A stretch of DNA of 63,298 nt, the filler included, from Asterionella formosa (Eukaryota), in assembly GCA_002256025.1 (NCBI GenBank). It is 15 parts of 15 records of this genome, joined end to end, with 100 filler letters (N's around TTAATTAATTAA, not from the genome) between each part and the next. Parts side by side here need not be neighbours in the genome. Positions count along the whole stretch, not along the records: positions 16,640 to 33,149 come from NKIB01004833.1; positions 33,250 to 49,755 come from NKIB01004840.1; 13 more parts are not named here. The stretch is one strand, 5' to 3'. Each line of letters starts with the position of its first letter. Position 1 is the stretch's first letter. Shown here one piece after another: positions 23,735-35,616 of this stretch. The notes beneath the pieces are model-generated. The model was not told where the DNA came from. It saw nothing but the letters and a program-made list of their open reading frames with translations, and did no database searches. A program made the position numbers and the translations under genes.

Positions 23735-23798
23735 TCATGCATTGATGTTGTACTAAAAGTATTACAATTAGTTGTAAAATAAGTGCTAGCATATGGAA

Positions 23799-25628
23799 CT
23801 ATTTCTTGATCGCAAGTTCCTTCAGCAATGCGTCGTAACCAGCCATCGCCTTGTCACTCCCTTTCATCGCCGTCTTAAATCGCGATTTGTGCGGTAACAG
23901 AGCCTTTAGAACTTGCGTTCGAACAGGTGCTACTTTGCACAGTGACGCCAGAACAAATGCACCTCGATTGGATGTTCCCACATCAGCCAGTAAATTCTTG
24001 TCGCAGAGCAGCTTGACAAAGGACTGCGCAAAAAGAGCTTCACAGCCTTTTTCATCAGGCTCAGCATCGGTGAGAATCAAATTCTTTATAGCAAGTTGCC
24101 CAATACGATCTTCGAACAATGGAGTTATTGTTGCGTCAGTGTCCTTTGTAGTTACCAATGATGCCAGACACACCTTGACGACCGATTCGACAAGATCTAC
24201 TGGACGAAAGGCTACATAGACTTCTCGTAAGACACGCGCACCAGACATAGATCGGAGAAGGTCTTCGGCGTGAGCAACACAAAGATCAATCAAAGGTTTG
24301 CGCAAATACTGGACTAGTTCTTTTCGCCTTGTCTCTGGATTCTTCTTGCTGGTGGAAACTTCCACACCATTTTCAATAATTGTTGAGTTGGAATCCAAGA
24401 CTTGACGCTCCAAAGGATCAAAGTACTTTTGTCTTACTTCTTCCTTCTCCACCAGAATCATGAGAAAAATTTTGGAGGCATTTTCGTCCAGGGCAATACT
24501 CAATAGAGGGTTCTTTTTCTCCTCCTCCTTTGATTCTTCGTCGGCTATGAGCTCGGCCAGGATACTCTTGTGCACCGACACGGTATCATCTGTCACTTGA
24601 ACCACTCGAAGAATTGCAAGGTAGGCATCTCGATGCATCAAGGAGGAGCGTGTGTATCCCTTGAGTGACTTCAAAATTCGTTTCCTATCCTTCGCGGTTC
24701 CGTAGGTCGCGCAGGCAACGACAACTCTTGTCCCGGCTCGGGTTGACAAGAGCTGAATCGAATGGTCCACAACACTGGATGCAATGTTGCGAATGTCATT
24801 TGACGGCGCGACCATTACATATTCACAGAATAATTCTTGCAGGTAGACGAATGCAAATAGTCCCTTTTCAATGCCCTTGTTAAGGATGGAGACAACGAAT
24901 TCCAGAGTGACATCTTTCTTCTGTGGAGCATCGTTCAAATTGGACATCAAAGATGGAATATTCTTCACAGTCCCATCATCCGCAGCAAACAAGGAAAAGT
25001 GTGGCCCGTAAAACTCTTGTTTCAAAATGGCAGTTGCCTTTGGTGGAAATGTACTGAATAGCAGCTCAACGACGCGAGCGCCGACGGCATGCACAGCTAG
25101 CTTGGGTACGCTCCCCTTGAGTGACTTGACTATCAACTTGACACAGTCGTCCTGCCTAGCACAATACTTGATCATTTTCAAGACCACAAAATGAGCGTAT
25201 TGGACTTTGGAGAGTTCCGGAATATTCCCCTTGGCACACAATTCCACAACCACTTCCTTGCGTTCTTCCGGTGTCCCAAACTGAATGGCGGCTTGCACCA
25301 CTCGACTGGCATCATGCTGAAGGGCAATCTCGGGAATCTTGCCTCTCACGAGATCCATGAGTGTCACCATATACTGACGAATATCGTCCGGAGTATTCGA
25401 TTTTAAGCGAAGCTTGTTCCAAAGTTCCTTGGCTTCGATAACAACGTCTGCATGTCGACGATGAGACTGTCGCTCTTGCTTGACGGCTCGTTTCTGGGCT
25501 GTCGAGGATTTCTCGTCGCCAGGCGCCTCGGTTGGTTTCTTATTCTCCACTTTGGGTTTCTTCTTAAATGGCTTTCCACCTTCGGCCGAGCCTTTTCGCT
25601 TTGATGATGGGGAGGGAGCTGCTGCCAT
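23799..25628 (-). CDS. PUM3: Pumilio-like nucleolar RNA-binding protein PUM3/Puf6
   Basis: Basic N-terminus, AKELWNKLR, QHDASRVVQAAIQFG, GTAKDRKRILKSLKG, VTDDTV, TSKKNPETRRKEL, NRGAFVL (CPL region). Confidence 0.9.
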   Translation of the reverse strand: MAAAPSPSSKRKGSAEGGKPFKKKPKVENKKPTEAPGDEKSSTAQKRAVKQERQSHRRHADVVIEAKELWNKLRLKSNTPDDIRQYMVTLMDLVRGKIPEIALQHDASRVVQAAIQFGTPEERKEVVVELCAKGNIPELSKVQYAHFVVLKMIKYCARQDDCVKLIVKSLKGSVPKLAVHAVGARVVELLFSTFPPKATAILKQEFYGPHFSLFAADDGTVKNIPSLMSNLNDAPQKKDVTLEFVVSILNKGIEKGLFAFVYLQELFCEYVMVAPSNDIRNIASSVVDHSIQLLSTRAGTRVVVACATYGTAKDRKRILKSLKGYTRSSLMHRDAYLAILRVVQVTDDTVSVHKSILAELIADEESKEEEKKNPLLSIALDENASKIFLMILVEKEEVRQKYFDPLERQVLDSNSTIIENGVEVSTSKKNPETRRKELVQYLRKPLIDLCVAHAEDLLRSMSGARVLREVYVAFRPVDLVESVVKVCLASLVTTKDTDATITPLFEDRIGQLAIKNLILTDAEPDEKGCEALFAQSFVKLLCDKNLLADVGTSNRGAFVLASLCKVAPVRTQVLKALLPHKSRFKTAMKGSDKAMAGYDALLKELAIKK

Positions 25629-27628
25629 GGTTGGATCTCGCTATGTAATGATTGTTTGATCTCTTCCTTGATTACAATCCATGTGATTTTTGTCTCTTCG
25701 AGAGAAGAAAAAAAAGTAGCATTACAATAAATGTTATTTCATATTTATATATATTTATTCATAAATTGATAACTAATTTATTATTTACTACCGGTAGAAG
25801 TATGTAGAATATTAACAATAAGTTATTACAAAAGCAAAGGAGAAATTGCATGGGATGGCAATTTCAAAACCAATTCTTATATTCTGGTGGCCACAAAGTG
25901 ATTTGGCTCGTCCGTCACAACGTCTAAAAATCCTTACGTGCAGCCAAACAAACCTACGTGGTGATGATGCTAGCACTGTTAGTGTACATATTATGAAATG
26001 AAAACTAATACAGGTAGTCTAGTCAAATATACTGGTATTATAAATACATATTAATCCATTCGACTGATCACATTCTCATGAAGAGTGTTACCCATCCTTG
26101 ACTGGTGCCAGCTAGGGCACCATGACAGCATGACCTATTTTCTTACTTGATACTATCAATGATGCAGATGAAGAATGTAGCTATGTTTGATTCCCAGAGG
26201 AGGGTTTTAGAAGCAATTAGAAGTATCTTTCGAGTTTGATTCCCAGACTCCTTACTGTCAGTCATGCCTGCTGTGCAAGAAATAGTGGTTGGTTGCTCTG
26301 TACAAGAACCAGCTTGGCAGCTTGTGCCGCCTTCCTGTGAATTGGCTGGTTGGAGGTTCCCCTAATGCTGCATCTAAGTTGATAAATTTTGCGAAAGGTG
26401 GTAGGGGACTCAGCATCTACTATGCTAACAAAACTAGGGAAGCGCTTGTCTTGTTAGTAGGTAGTACTAGCACAAATGGTTTATAAAACAGTTTGTCATT
26501 TAGTTATTTCTTTCATACTATGGCTGGAATGCAAAATTTGGAAGTTGACACTTCAACTGGCTGGCTGGCTGAGTAAAATAGTTCGATTTGCATTTACTAG
26601 CTACTAGAAAATAACCAGCATTATATTTTCAATTGTTTTGATAAAATCAATCATCATTTTAAAGAATAATAATTCAGAGAGAGCGAACTCGATATTTGCT
26701 TCAGGCCTCCTGATATTTCTGCTTTTAAAAATCTGATTTTTGAACCATGGTGTTGCCAACAATCAGCATCAGTGATGATATTATGTGAATGTATGGCTGT
26801 CTTGATTTTTAGGCAGCCCAAAAAAGTTGAATGGGTTACCTTCAGTTAAAATATAGAGTAGGATCTACTGAGTTTCCAAGCAGCCAGTACCAGCCACTGG
26901 AAGTATTTGTGCTTAGAATATCATGATAGAATGAGTAGAGAAGGATTGAATGCCAATCAGCCACAATTATGTAATGAACTTTTTATTGTGTTCATTTCCA
27001 CCATCATTTCCGCATTAACTTGCTTCCTGCAGAGGAAGTCAAGAGCGCTGACAAACATTTGCCTTGAGGCTTAATTATTGGAGGAATCAGCTAGTTATGA
27101 CAAACCATGCAATGATTTGTTAGTGTGTGTGCTTATAGCGATGAATTGCATCAAAATTCTTTCAAACAGTATGTGTGCACAACTGATGAAAGCATGCAGG
27201 AGACGAGCAAAAGAAACCATGCAAAATATTGCAGTCAGGGATAAATACCTGGTGGAAGTTCACCAGGTAGACCACAATATGTAGTCTACGGACACTAGAT
27301 TTACTCTGCCGGAAAAATGATATATGCATACTAATCAAGGCATGATGATTGGCTAATTGATTATCATTGTCGGCGTACATACGTTCCTCATCATCCAATC
27401 ATCCCCACCACCCCCATGCATCATGATTCAACAATCATCCATTTCGATATACCGGTACCGGTACCGAAAGTCTAATCTACTTAAACAAAATTATAAATAT
27501 GCCGGAGTGCACATGTTGGTACTGCAAATGCAAATATTAAAAAAATTGATCAGCCATCAGTTTTGCAACAACAGAAAGGTTTTGACCATTGTGTACAGGA
27601 ACTATACCTTCCATTGCGTTTACCAATC

Positions 27629-28909
27629 ATGGCGAAGCAACGACGAGTCACATCTTCGAAGAAAGGACCAAAGAAGGTCAAAAAGGCTTCTCTGACGCTG
27701 GAACAAATGTTGATCGAAGCCGATGCTGCTTTTGAGGCGCTCGACAATTCACGAGCCAACTCTCTCTATGAAGCGGCTGCCAAGGCGTTGCATGAAAAAC
27801 TGGAAGCAGACCCTGCAGTATCGGTTATCTTGTCCAAGGTTCTGGGAAAGTTGGGTGAGACCAAAGTGTCCATGGGTGATCAAGAGGGAGCACGAGATGA
27901 TTTCGAGCGGGCAATTGCCTTGCTGAACGAGCAGCATGGAGAAGGCGGCGACGGCGTTGCACAAATAGAGCTTATGGAGATTAAAGCGAGTCTTTATCTT
28001 TACATGGGACAACTCAGCTCCAATTATGAGGCTCTCCAGGCATATAATAATGGAGTGCAGCTTCTGGAGGCTTGTTTACTAATCAGGGAAGGCATGGTTG
28101 TGGACAATGAAACAGACTTAGCCATCAAAGAATCCGATGAAGTGAATGAACTTCAAAAGAGAATATGCTGTGCACATTGCACCATTGCGGAGCTTTACAT
28201 GACCGATCTTTGTTATGATGATGATGCCGAGGCAGCATGTGAAGCATCTGTGGCAAAGGCAATGAAAGTTATTGATTCCAGTGATGGTAGCCCTATAATG
28301 GATGCTCTTCAGACAATGGCAAGTCTTAGAATTTCACAAAGTCGGGGAGAAGAAGCAATTGATCTCATTTTAGAGACTTATCGTAAAATGAAGATTGGAT
28401 GTGAGGGGTTAGCTGCATTGGTTGGACTTTCAGAAAAGGAGAATAACGGGGAAGAGGTAGATACTGCAATTGAGTTGGTCGAAGTTGAGGCTGCCAACAA
28501 CCTTCCCGGGTTTGAGTTTCGGTGTCAAACAGCCAGAATTCTCTTAGAATGTGCCTCCATCTGTAAAGAAGATGAAAATAGGATTGAAAAAGCCAACCAA
28601 TGTGCAAAAGCAGCAATTCAAGTGTTGGGAAGTCTACTTGCTGAAAACGATGAAGTTATCGAAATTTGGTACTTGATTGGTTGTGCGTTTGTGGCACTTT
28701 CTCCTGTCAATAGTGATGATGCTTCTTGCTACTTCGAGCAAGCACTGGAGATGCTGAACAATGTCAAAGAGAGTCTAGTGGTGATGGAAGGTGAGGATTG
28801 TGAACAGTTAGTGACCATCAAGGAACAAATAATTGATGTTGAAAGCAAACTGAAAGGTCTTGGTATTGATCCAGAGGATGTAACTGATACTGAGATGGAA
28901 ACTACATAG
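27629..28909 (+). CDS. ACL4: TPR protein, Acl4-like assembly chaperone of Rpl4
   Basis: YLYMGQLS, IAELYMTDLCYDDDAEAACE, DALQTMASLRISQSR, LPGFEFR, ENDEVIEIWYLIG and an acidic tail. First ATG is at 27629. Confidence 0.82.
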   Translation: MAKQRRVTSSKKGPKKVKKASLTLEQMLIEADAAFEALDNSRANSLYEAAAKALHEKLEADPAVSVILSKVLGKLGETKVSMGDQEGARDDFERAIALLNEQHGEGGDGVAQIELMEIKASLYLYMGQLSSNYEALQAYNNGVQLLEACLLIREGMVVDNETDLAIKESDEVNELQKRICCAHCTIAELYMTDLCYDDDAEAACEASVAKAMKVIDSSDGSPIMDALQTMASLRISQSRGEEAIDLILETYRKMKIGCEGLAALVGLSEKENNGEEVDTAIELVEVEAANNLPGFEFRCQTARILLECASICKEDENRIEKANQCAKAAIQVLGSLLAENDEVIEIWYLIGCAFVALSPVNSDDASCYFEQALEMLNNVKESLVVMEGEDCEQLVTIKEQIIDVESKLKGLGIDPEDVTDTEMETT

Positions 28910-29012
28910 CTAAACAGTTTTCTAGTAACTAGCAAAATAGCAATTTAATTCTGTGTCGTCAATAAATTCATTATAAATTGTTAAACAGACATGCATTTCA
29001 TTTTGGCTATTC

Positions 29013-32000
29013 TTATGCAAAGAAGGCATCAATCGATGCGACAGTCGACACCTTTCGGATAGCTAGGGCAGTCTTCGTGGGAATGGCAGATCCCTTAACA
29101 TCAACCGTCGATCCATCAACCATTGTTACAATGTAGCTGGTGGGATTAACACCATAAAGATCACCTCCATTGGGATTGTGATAGGTTACCAGAATCTTGC
29201 CAAAAAGCTTGAAGCTGACCACAAGATTGCCATCATTATCTCGTGTTCCCTCATTCTCTTTGTCTTCAAACAACCAGGAAGGAAGGGCTGGCTCAAACAT
29301 CATCTCAAGATGACCAGATTTGTTGAGGAAAAAGGGCTTTTCGCCGATAAACATGAGTCCCCATATGCTCATGAATTCAGCAGTGGAACCACTGAGGCGT
29401 GCAAGGAAACCACGCCCCTGCATTGAAGGGTCAGGGAAAGCAGACGAGGCAATAAAAGAGGAGCACTCCATGAGAGAGCGGCCGTAGACATCTGGGTCCA
29501 TAAAAGGCAAGATACCTCCATTTCTCATTTCCCGGAAGAACTCATCATAAAGCTTTCCACGAAGGAGTTGCAAATAGTACTTGTAAGACATGTGCAACCA
29601 GATGGATTGGTTCTCAAGCCATCCAGGTGAGAACGCCATCATTCTTCCCATGTCATAGCTTTGTCCCTTGAGACTGGCAGACAAGAAATACATCTTGAGT
29701 TTGTTGTCACGGAGGCCAGAAACAAGAACTCTTTCGTACATGGCTTTCATGGCTTCCTTGTCGTCCTGAATAGTTTTCATGTATCTAACTGGGCCCTCAA
29801 GGAAAAGGGGGAAGTTACCAACCTTCATACTAAGTGCATTTACAAGAGGAAGGCCGACTGCATTCTTTCCTCCATTCAACTCCCAGTCAGTGACGGCAAA
29901 GGAGAAATAGGAGGGAGCAATTCCAGTGGTGCCATCATCGCCATCTCCAAAGCTGCCAATCTTCATTGCACGAGCCATACCAAGTTCGATCTCAACGAGC
30001 CATGAATCAACCATGCTAACAATGGCCTTGGCGGGAACGGCAGTTGTGTTTCCAGAAAAGTAGTATTGAACATCATTCCTGTAGTTCTCACGAGCAGCTG
30101 CAACAACATCCCAATATTCGAAAAGCTCCTTGGGGACATCTAATTCAAGCTGCTCAGGTTCCTTGAAACCAGAACTCTTCAAAGTTGCCAGAGCCTCATT
30201 CACGGTCTTAATCATCTTGTGGAGCTCGTCAGGGATCACAACAGGGCGACCGTAAGTACTAACCACCTTGCGGACATACTTCAGTAGAAGGAACATCTCG
30301 TATGTTTCTGGCATACCAGATCCAATCATTCCAGGAAGACCATTCATTGCATCGTTCCAGCCAGGGCGTCCACCCTCATATTCAATACCCATACCATAAC
30401 TGTCTCGCATTGCAAACTTGATGGCTCCAAGGAGGAACAGCTTAGTGATAGGTGCACTCTTAAAGGCCACTCCTGCTGTAGTGCGCTGCCAGTTGGCGTC
30501 GATACCAATAAGACCAGTGGATTGGTCGAAGAAAGCTGCCTGTTCGGCAACCTTCTCCTGATCGAAATACGTCGCATCAAGTTGAAGTACATGTTTGCTG
30601 GTTCCATCGAAAGTGTAAGTCAAAACATATTTCATAGCACGAGGCTTGACACTGGCAGTGGAGAAGAAATAACGGAGCTCCTGATCGTACATAAGAGCCT
30701 CCTCACCATCAGGGTAGATGGCCACGTAGGCGTCAATCAAATCCATGTAGTAGTCCCAATGATCTGCCCAGTACCCTGATCCGTATACGGCCATGGCACG
30801 ATCAGTTGCAGCAGCAAGAATTTCATTAATAAAGACTTCATTGCTGACAGAGACATTGATGCCAAGACTATCAACGAGACCAAAGAGCTGTCCAGGACGA
30901 AATGGCCCTCCACACAAAATATTTCCCAATGCTTCCGCAGACTTTTGGTCGGCTGTGAGTGTTTTGGCCAAAGTCAATGCTTGGTCCTTATCCTCAACGA
31001 TGTAAGCAATAGCTTCAACCGTAAGGGGCTCATAACCGTCAGCTTGGATGAACGACAAAAACATTTGAACATCGAAAGAAGCAAGGCGAGGTAAGAAGGT
31101 GACATCGCTACGACGATTCTGAGCAATATCACGGTAATTTCCAGGCCCTTGGGAATAGTAGGAAGGATCAATGTTAAATGCATTGTAATCACGTTCCAAA
31201 TCACCATGAATGCGGGAAAAGGGATGGTAAACCTTGACAGTTGGGTCCTCATCATAGTTATTGTCACTTTTAACATTTCCCATGATGGTTGGCATACCAC
31301 CACGGAGAGAGTTGTCTAAGAACATTTGCTTGACCGCACCGTTGAAGAGGGGGTTGGCAGTCGTAGTCTCAACGCCGACGGTGAGTTCGTTGATTAAAGA
31401 GCGAGCGCGCTGGAACTTCTTCTCGATGTAGCCAGGAGCAGTGATAATGTCAATGATGCCGGGTAGCTTTTCAATATGCTCAGTCTTTCCGTAGAATGAA
31501 GCAATGGTGATGTTTTCACCTGGAGCAAGGGTGATGGATGCAATGGCGGCAAATGCAGACGATGTCGTGGCATCTCCATACTGTGGATTGGCCAAAATGT
31601 CAGCAACACTGGAGGCCCTGAGGCCCGCAGGAAGTTCGAGCGATGTGGATTGACCAAAGACCTTATTTGAATCAAAAACAATTGGTAGGAGTTCGGGTTT
31701 TTCGCTCTCAATGTATGCCAGGCAGTAGTGACCAGCTTCCTCAATCTTAACGGAAGCGGAGTCACCTGGTTCAGTGGACATTTTGTAAAAAGGCTTTGTG
31801 AGGGTATCATCTGCATGGTAGACTCCCATCCACCCCTCTAGGGTACGTCCCATTTGCTTGAGTGACCAATCGAGCATTCCACCACTGGGTTCAATCTTGG
31901 CGAGACCATCTAGGATAGAAAGTGTCACTTCAGTGGATCCGGTGTTGGTGTAGGTGGCTCGGCGGACAAGGGCAGCAAAGTCTTCTTCAGGTAGGACAAA

Positions 32001-32981
32001 GTATTTGACGGCGACAGCAACCCCGTTTGCGTCATCAAACTCCTGAACTTCCATCTCATTTGTTCCAACAAACATGATGCGCTTAGGCTTGGTAGTATCG
32101 TCTTCAGCATCAGCAAGGTTACGTGTATGTGCGGGGGCAAATGGTTCGGTTTCAAAGGATGAAAAAGCTCTGGTTCCGCGAACAAAGGAGCGGAATCCAA
32201 GGAATTGTGTCGATTGGTATGCCTTGTTCGCAGCATTGAACTCCAAGATTGGGTATTCCTTCGACTCGGTACCGAAGGAAGCAATACCTTGACCCCGATT
32301 GACGTAAAAGGACCAGACAGGCTTCCCAAAGTATCCAGCGACGCCGGGAAGAAAGTCGGAGAACGTTGGCTTTGCATCGAAGTCCTCCAGGACATAACGA
32401 TCTGCATTTTGGGGAAGAAAACGTGTTAATGTGAGCTCCGCAATCGCTTCTAGTAGACGAACCCGATCACCCATACTGGATATGCGATTCACAACATGAC
32501 ATAAAATTACTTACTCTCTGCGTCGAAAAGTTTGAGCTTTCCGTCGATCCCGATCGCGACATTGCCAGACTTGACGGCCATGTTCATGGAGTCAGCCTTG
32601 CTCGCATGGTAAATGGTTCCTGAAATGCCAATAATCGCCACCAGCACAAGGCCAATGCCGATCTTCTTTGCGGAAAGCTTGGTGGTAGGAGCATCTGAAG
32701 AGGAGGAGGATATGAATCAGCTGGAGGCATTAATGACAGCACACCGGTAGTTGAACCAAACACAAAACCTTTGCTGTCACAGAAAAGGCAACAACAAGCG
32801 GCAGCAAGCCTAAGTACCTGCAGCGACCAGTTCGGCTTGTTGTCATAGTCTGACCCAGCGCGTTTGGGGAAAAGGGATCTGTAGTATCTCAATCGCGACG
32901 AGATCTCTTACCTCCAATTGTGGTGGAGATTTCTGCGTGGCCACCATTCTTTTGGTAACTATCACCGTTGGCAGCGGACAT
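29013..32981 (-). CDS. GH161-type beta-1,3-glucan phosphorylase, complement(join(29013..32401,32515..32694,32912..32981))
   Basis: FYVNRGQGIASFG, FSRIHGDLERDYN, SQGPGNYRDIAQNRR, GYWADHWDY, YEGGRPGWNDAMNGLPG, GWLENQSIWLHMSYKYYL, ARLSGSTAEF. Two phase-1 introns (32911-32695 GTAAG...CAG; 32514-32402 GTAAGT...CAG) join in frame to ATG 32981. Confidence 0.88.
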
Positions 32982-33598
32982 CGTGAAGACGATGTCTGAG
33001 TTCAGAGATAATGGATGGCGGAGACGAGCAAAATATAAACGTTTGTGACTTTTGCTAAAGCAAGTTCGACACGAAGATCTTCGCCTTCGGGACAACTGAT
33101 CTTGTTACCGCAGGCGGATGGTTTAGCCTACGTACTGTGCCAGGTACCANNNNNNNNNNNNNNNNNNNNNNNNNNNNNNNNNNNNNNNNNNNNTTAATTA
33201 ATTAANNNNNNNNNNNNNNNNNNNNNNNNNNNNNNNNNNNNNNNNNNNNATAGACTTGCACCAATATTATAGCAGAATGGACTAATATTCAATTGGCATA
33301 TGAGTTCAAAAATGATTCGCCAAGCTAGTATGGTTCCAATATAAACTGGTATACTGTAGCCAATTTGCGAGCTGCTGCACCATAAACTGAAAAATGGCTG
33401 CACATCATGTTCGCAGATAGGAGGAGGGATATAATGGTGTATACAAAGATCAGCGAGAAGGGCGTGTTGTTCCAATGTGACATTTGTTATGATCTTTGAC
33501 GGGATGCTTACAAGACACTATAGCTACGAGGGGGAGGAGGTCCCAATGTTCGTAAACACACACACACTAGTTTGCGCAGCCAACATGACGGAACGAGA

Positions 33599-34447
33599 CT
33601 ATCCTTCCATTAAATCCTCTATTTGCTGTTGTGTTGTTGCAGTATGAAGTGGTCGATTGGGATGTCGTTCACAATGATGTTGAATGGCTTGTTCTGTTGC
33701 ATTCATATATGATTCTCTCCCTGTCCCATTCCACCACCATTGTTGCATTGTTTCCATCACTACATCCACATTTAGGGGCTCATGGTTGTCAATATTAAAG
33801 TTCTCCAATTGCAATCGTGCTGGCACAATTCCAAGACATTCAGCTCGTTGCAAACTCCGATTCAATTGAACCCTCCTGTCAATAAGCATCCCCACAACAA
33901 CAATTGATGGAGCAGGTTTGTTCGGGTCCAACGACGTTTCCGCATCGGGAGATAGGTATACTGCTCCATGATGAGTAGTACCAGTAGCAAACTGTTCCAT
34001 GGACTGTAGCGAAAATTCCATATTTTCTGGTAACTGTCCTTTCCAAAGTTCCTCCATCCGAGTCTTGATGGCCTTTTGATCAGCCTCATTACATCCAAGT
34101 AATTTGACGACTGCCACATCATGTTGTTGATGTTGTCTTTGCCATTTAAGAAAATTAACAATTTGTTTTGCAACAGCCAAGATTTTTTCTTTCCGAGGTC
34201 TTGGTTCTGATGGAAATCCATAGCCAGCATCACAAGCAATAATAGCTGGAATAGTAGCAGTAACATTCACCGCATCAGCGTCCTCGTTCTTATTGACGAC
34301 GATGGAAAGGTTGGAAATGGCCAATGTTGTTTCAACTAGAAGCTGTAACTGTTCTTCATGTTGCTTGTCGTCATTCTCAGTCTTCGTCGCAGTAGTAGTA
34401 GTAGCAGTATTGTTGTGTTTGTTATCAGTCTCACCAGGCATAGACAT
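33599..34447 (-). CDS. TRM10: TRM10-type SPOUT tRNA m1R9 methyltransferase domain protein
   Basis: VYLSPDAETSL, VVVGMLIDR, PARLQL and PLNVDVV match the Trm10 motif order. Confidence 0.72.
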   Translation of the reverse strand: MSMPGETDNKHNNTATTTTATKTENDDKQHEEQLQLLVETTLAISNLSIVVNKNEDADAVNVTATIPAIIACDAGYGFPSEPRPRKEKILAVAKQIVNFLKWQRQHQQHDVAVVKLLGCNEADQKAIKTRMEELWKGQLPENMEFSLQSMEQFATGTTHHGAVYLSPDAETSLDPNKPAPSIVVVGMLIDRRVQLNRSLQRAECLGIVPARLQLENFNIDNHEPLNVDVVMETMQQWWWNGTGRESYMNATEQAIQHHCERHPNRPLHTATTQQQIEDLMEG

Positions 34448-35047
34448 TATAATTGTGTTGTTGTTCGTTGAGAAGAACGAGAAAGCCGCTTTTACTACTG
34501 TTACTGGCAGAGTTTCAATTAATTACCCTTTGGATTGTTGGTTCTCCCAATGCCTTAGCTTGGTGCTGCTTGACGAAAATGAGAAACAGAAGGGATCGAT
34601 TGATCCGCTATACTAGCATCGGTGGCGACTGATGATGAGTTGCCGATCACAGCCATGCCCATTGTTTAGTATACGACAGCTGAAGCAGTATACCGGTATT
34701 TAGACAGACTTTAAAAGTAGTAATTATTATAAAATTTATATTTAGTTGATGCCAGTAGAGCGACTTGAAATGTCCGATAATTGAGAAATTTACTATGGGT
34801 ATCGTTTCCTGGTGGTCTATGTATTACATATACCGGTACACAGTATTACCAGGTACATGGTACCATAGCTGTAGCTACTTGAATGGCCTTCCTATTTGCG
34901 TAAGATATGAATTTACCGTATGATTGAATCAGTGCATGCACAGTAAATACCACCGGCATGTAAATAAAAGAATACCATATTGAATTTAATCGACGGTTAG
35001 CACGACTCATCAGCAGGTACCGGTACTGGTACCTGCCTTGATCGGCC

Positions 35048-35254
35048 GAGTCGAACCTTGCTCGCTCAACAGCAACTGGTGGAGGATTCCCAACGCGATC
35101 TTGTTTTTGTGAATACCAGTAAGCAAGCAGGAGGAGAAAGCAAGGGGCTGAGTCGACCCTTGCTCGCTCAACAGCAAATGGAGAAGGATTCCCAACGCGA
35201 TCTTGTTTTTGTGAATACCATCTAGTATTCAAGCAGGAGGAGAAAGCAAGGGGA
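35048..35254. repeat. Two-copy tandem repeat, period 102 bp
   Basis: GAGTCGA.CCTTGCTCGCTCAACAGCAA...GGATTCCCAACGCGATCTTGTTTTTGTGAATACCA...CAAGCAGGAGGAGAAAGCAAGGGG at 35048 and 35150. Confidence 0.95.
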
Positions 35255-35616
35255 TAAAAATTCCCAAGATAACATCCCACAGTACATGTAGTAAGTATGA
35301 ATATAAATTTAAATAGCTCATATTGGAGGTATCAATAAACGTACAGCGGATTATTCGTGTACTATTTTGCAGCTGTTGCAGCACATCAGTCGTCCTTTCT
35401 TTGCTTTTCTTGTTTCACATTACGTACGGATCTGATCGTAGTAACATTCCGGTACTGGTAGTATTTATCATCATCGCAATACGTGTATGTATATTTTTTT
35501 TTCGTTTTATTAGACTACCGGTATTTCACACAAAACACACCATTATTCCTCTCGATCATCTGCCATTGTCGCATTCAGATACTACGCATACACACTCACA
35601 CACAACACACAAACGA

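Noticed and set aside
19354..32429. Numerous 60-160 aa antisense and alternate-frame ORFs within the large genes
   Set aside because: Shadow ORFs with no motifs, overlapping well-supported CDSs.
32818..32878. Extra micro-exon inside GH161 intron 1 (TACAG|...CAG|GTAC)
   Set aside because: It is 61 nt, so it would break the frame, and it needs an upstream intron of only about 33 nt.
35048..35254. CRISPR-like array
   Set aside because: Only two long units, no unique spacers, no cas genes, eukaryotic context.
35323..35616. Hydrophobic N-terminal extension on the BRO1 ORF
   Set aside because: It starts at TTG in AT-rich promoter-like sequence with CA repeats. The BRO1 domain begins at ATG 35617.
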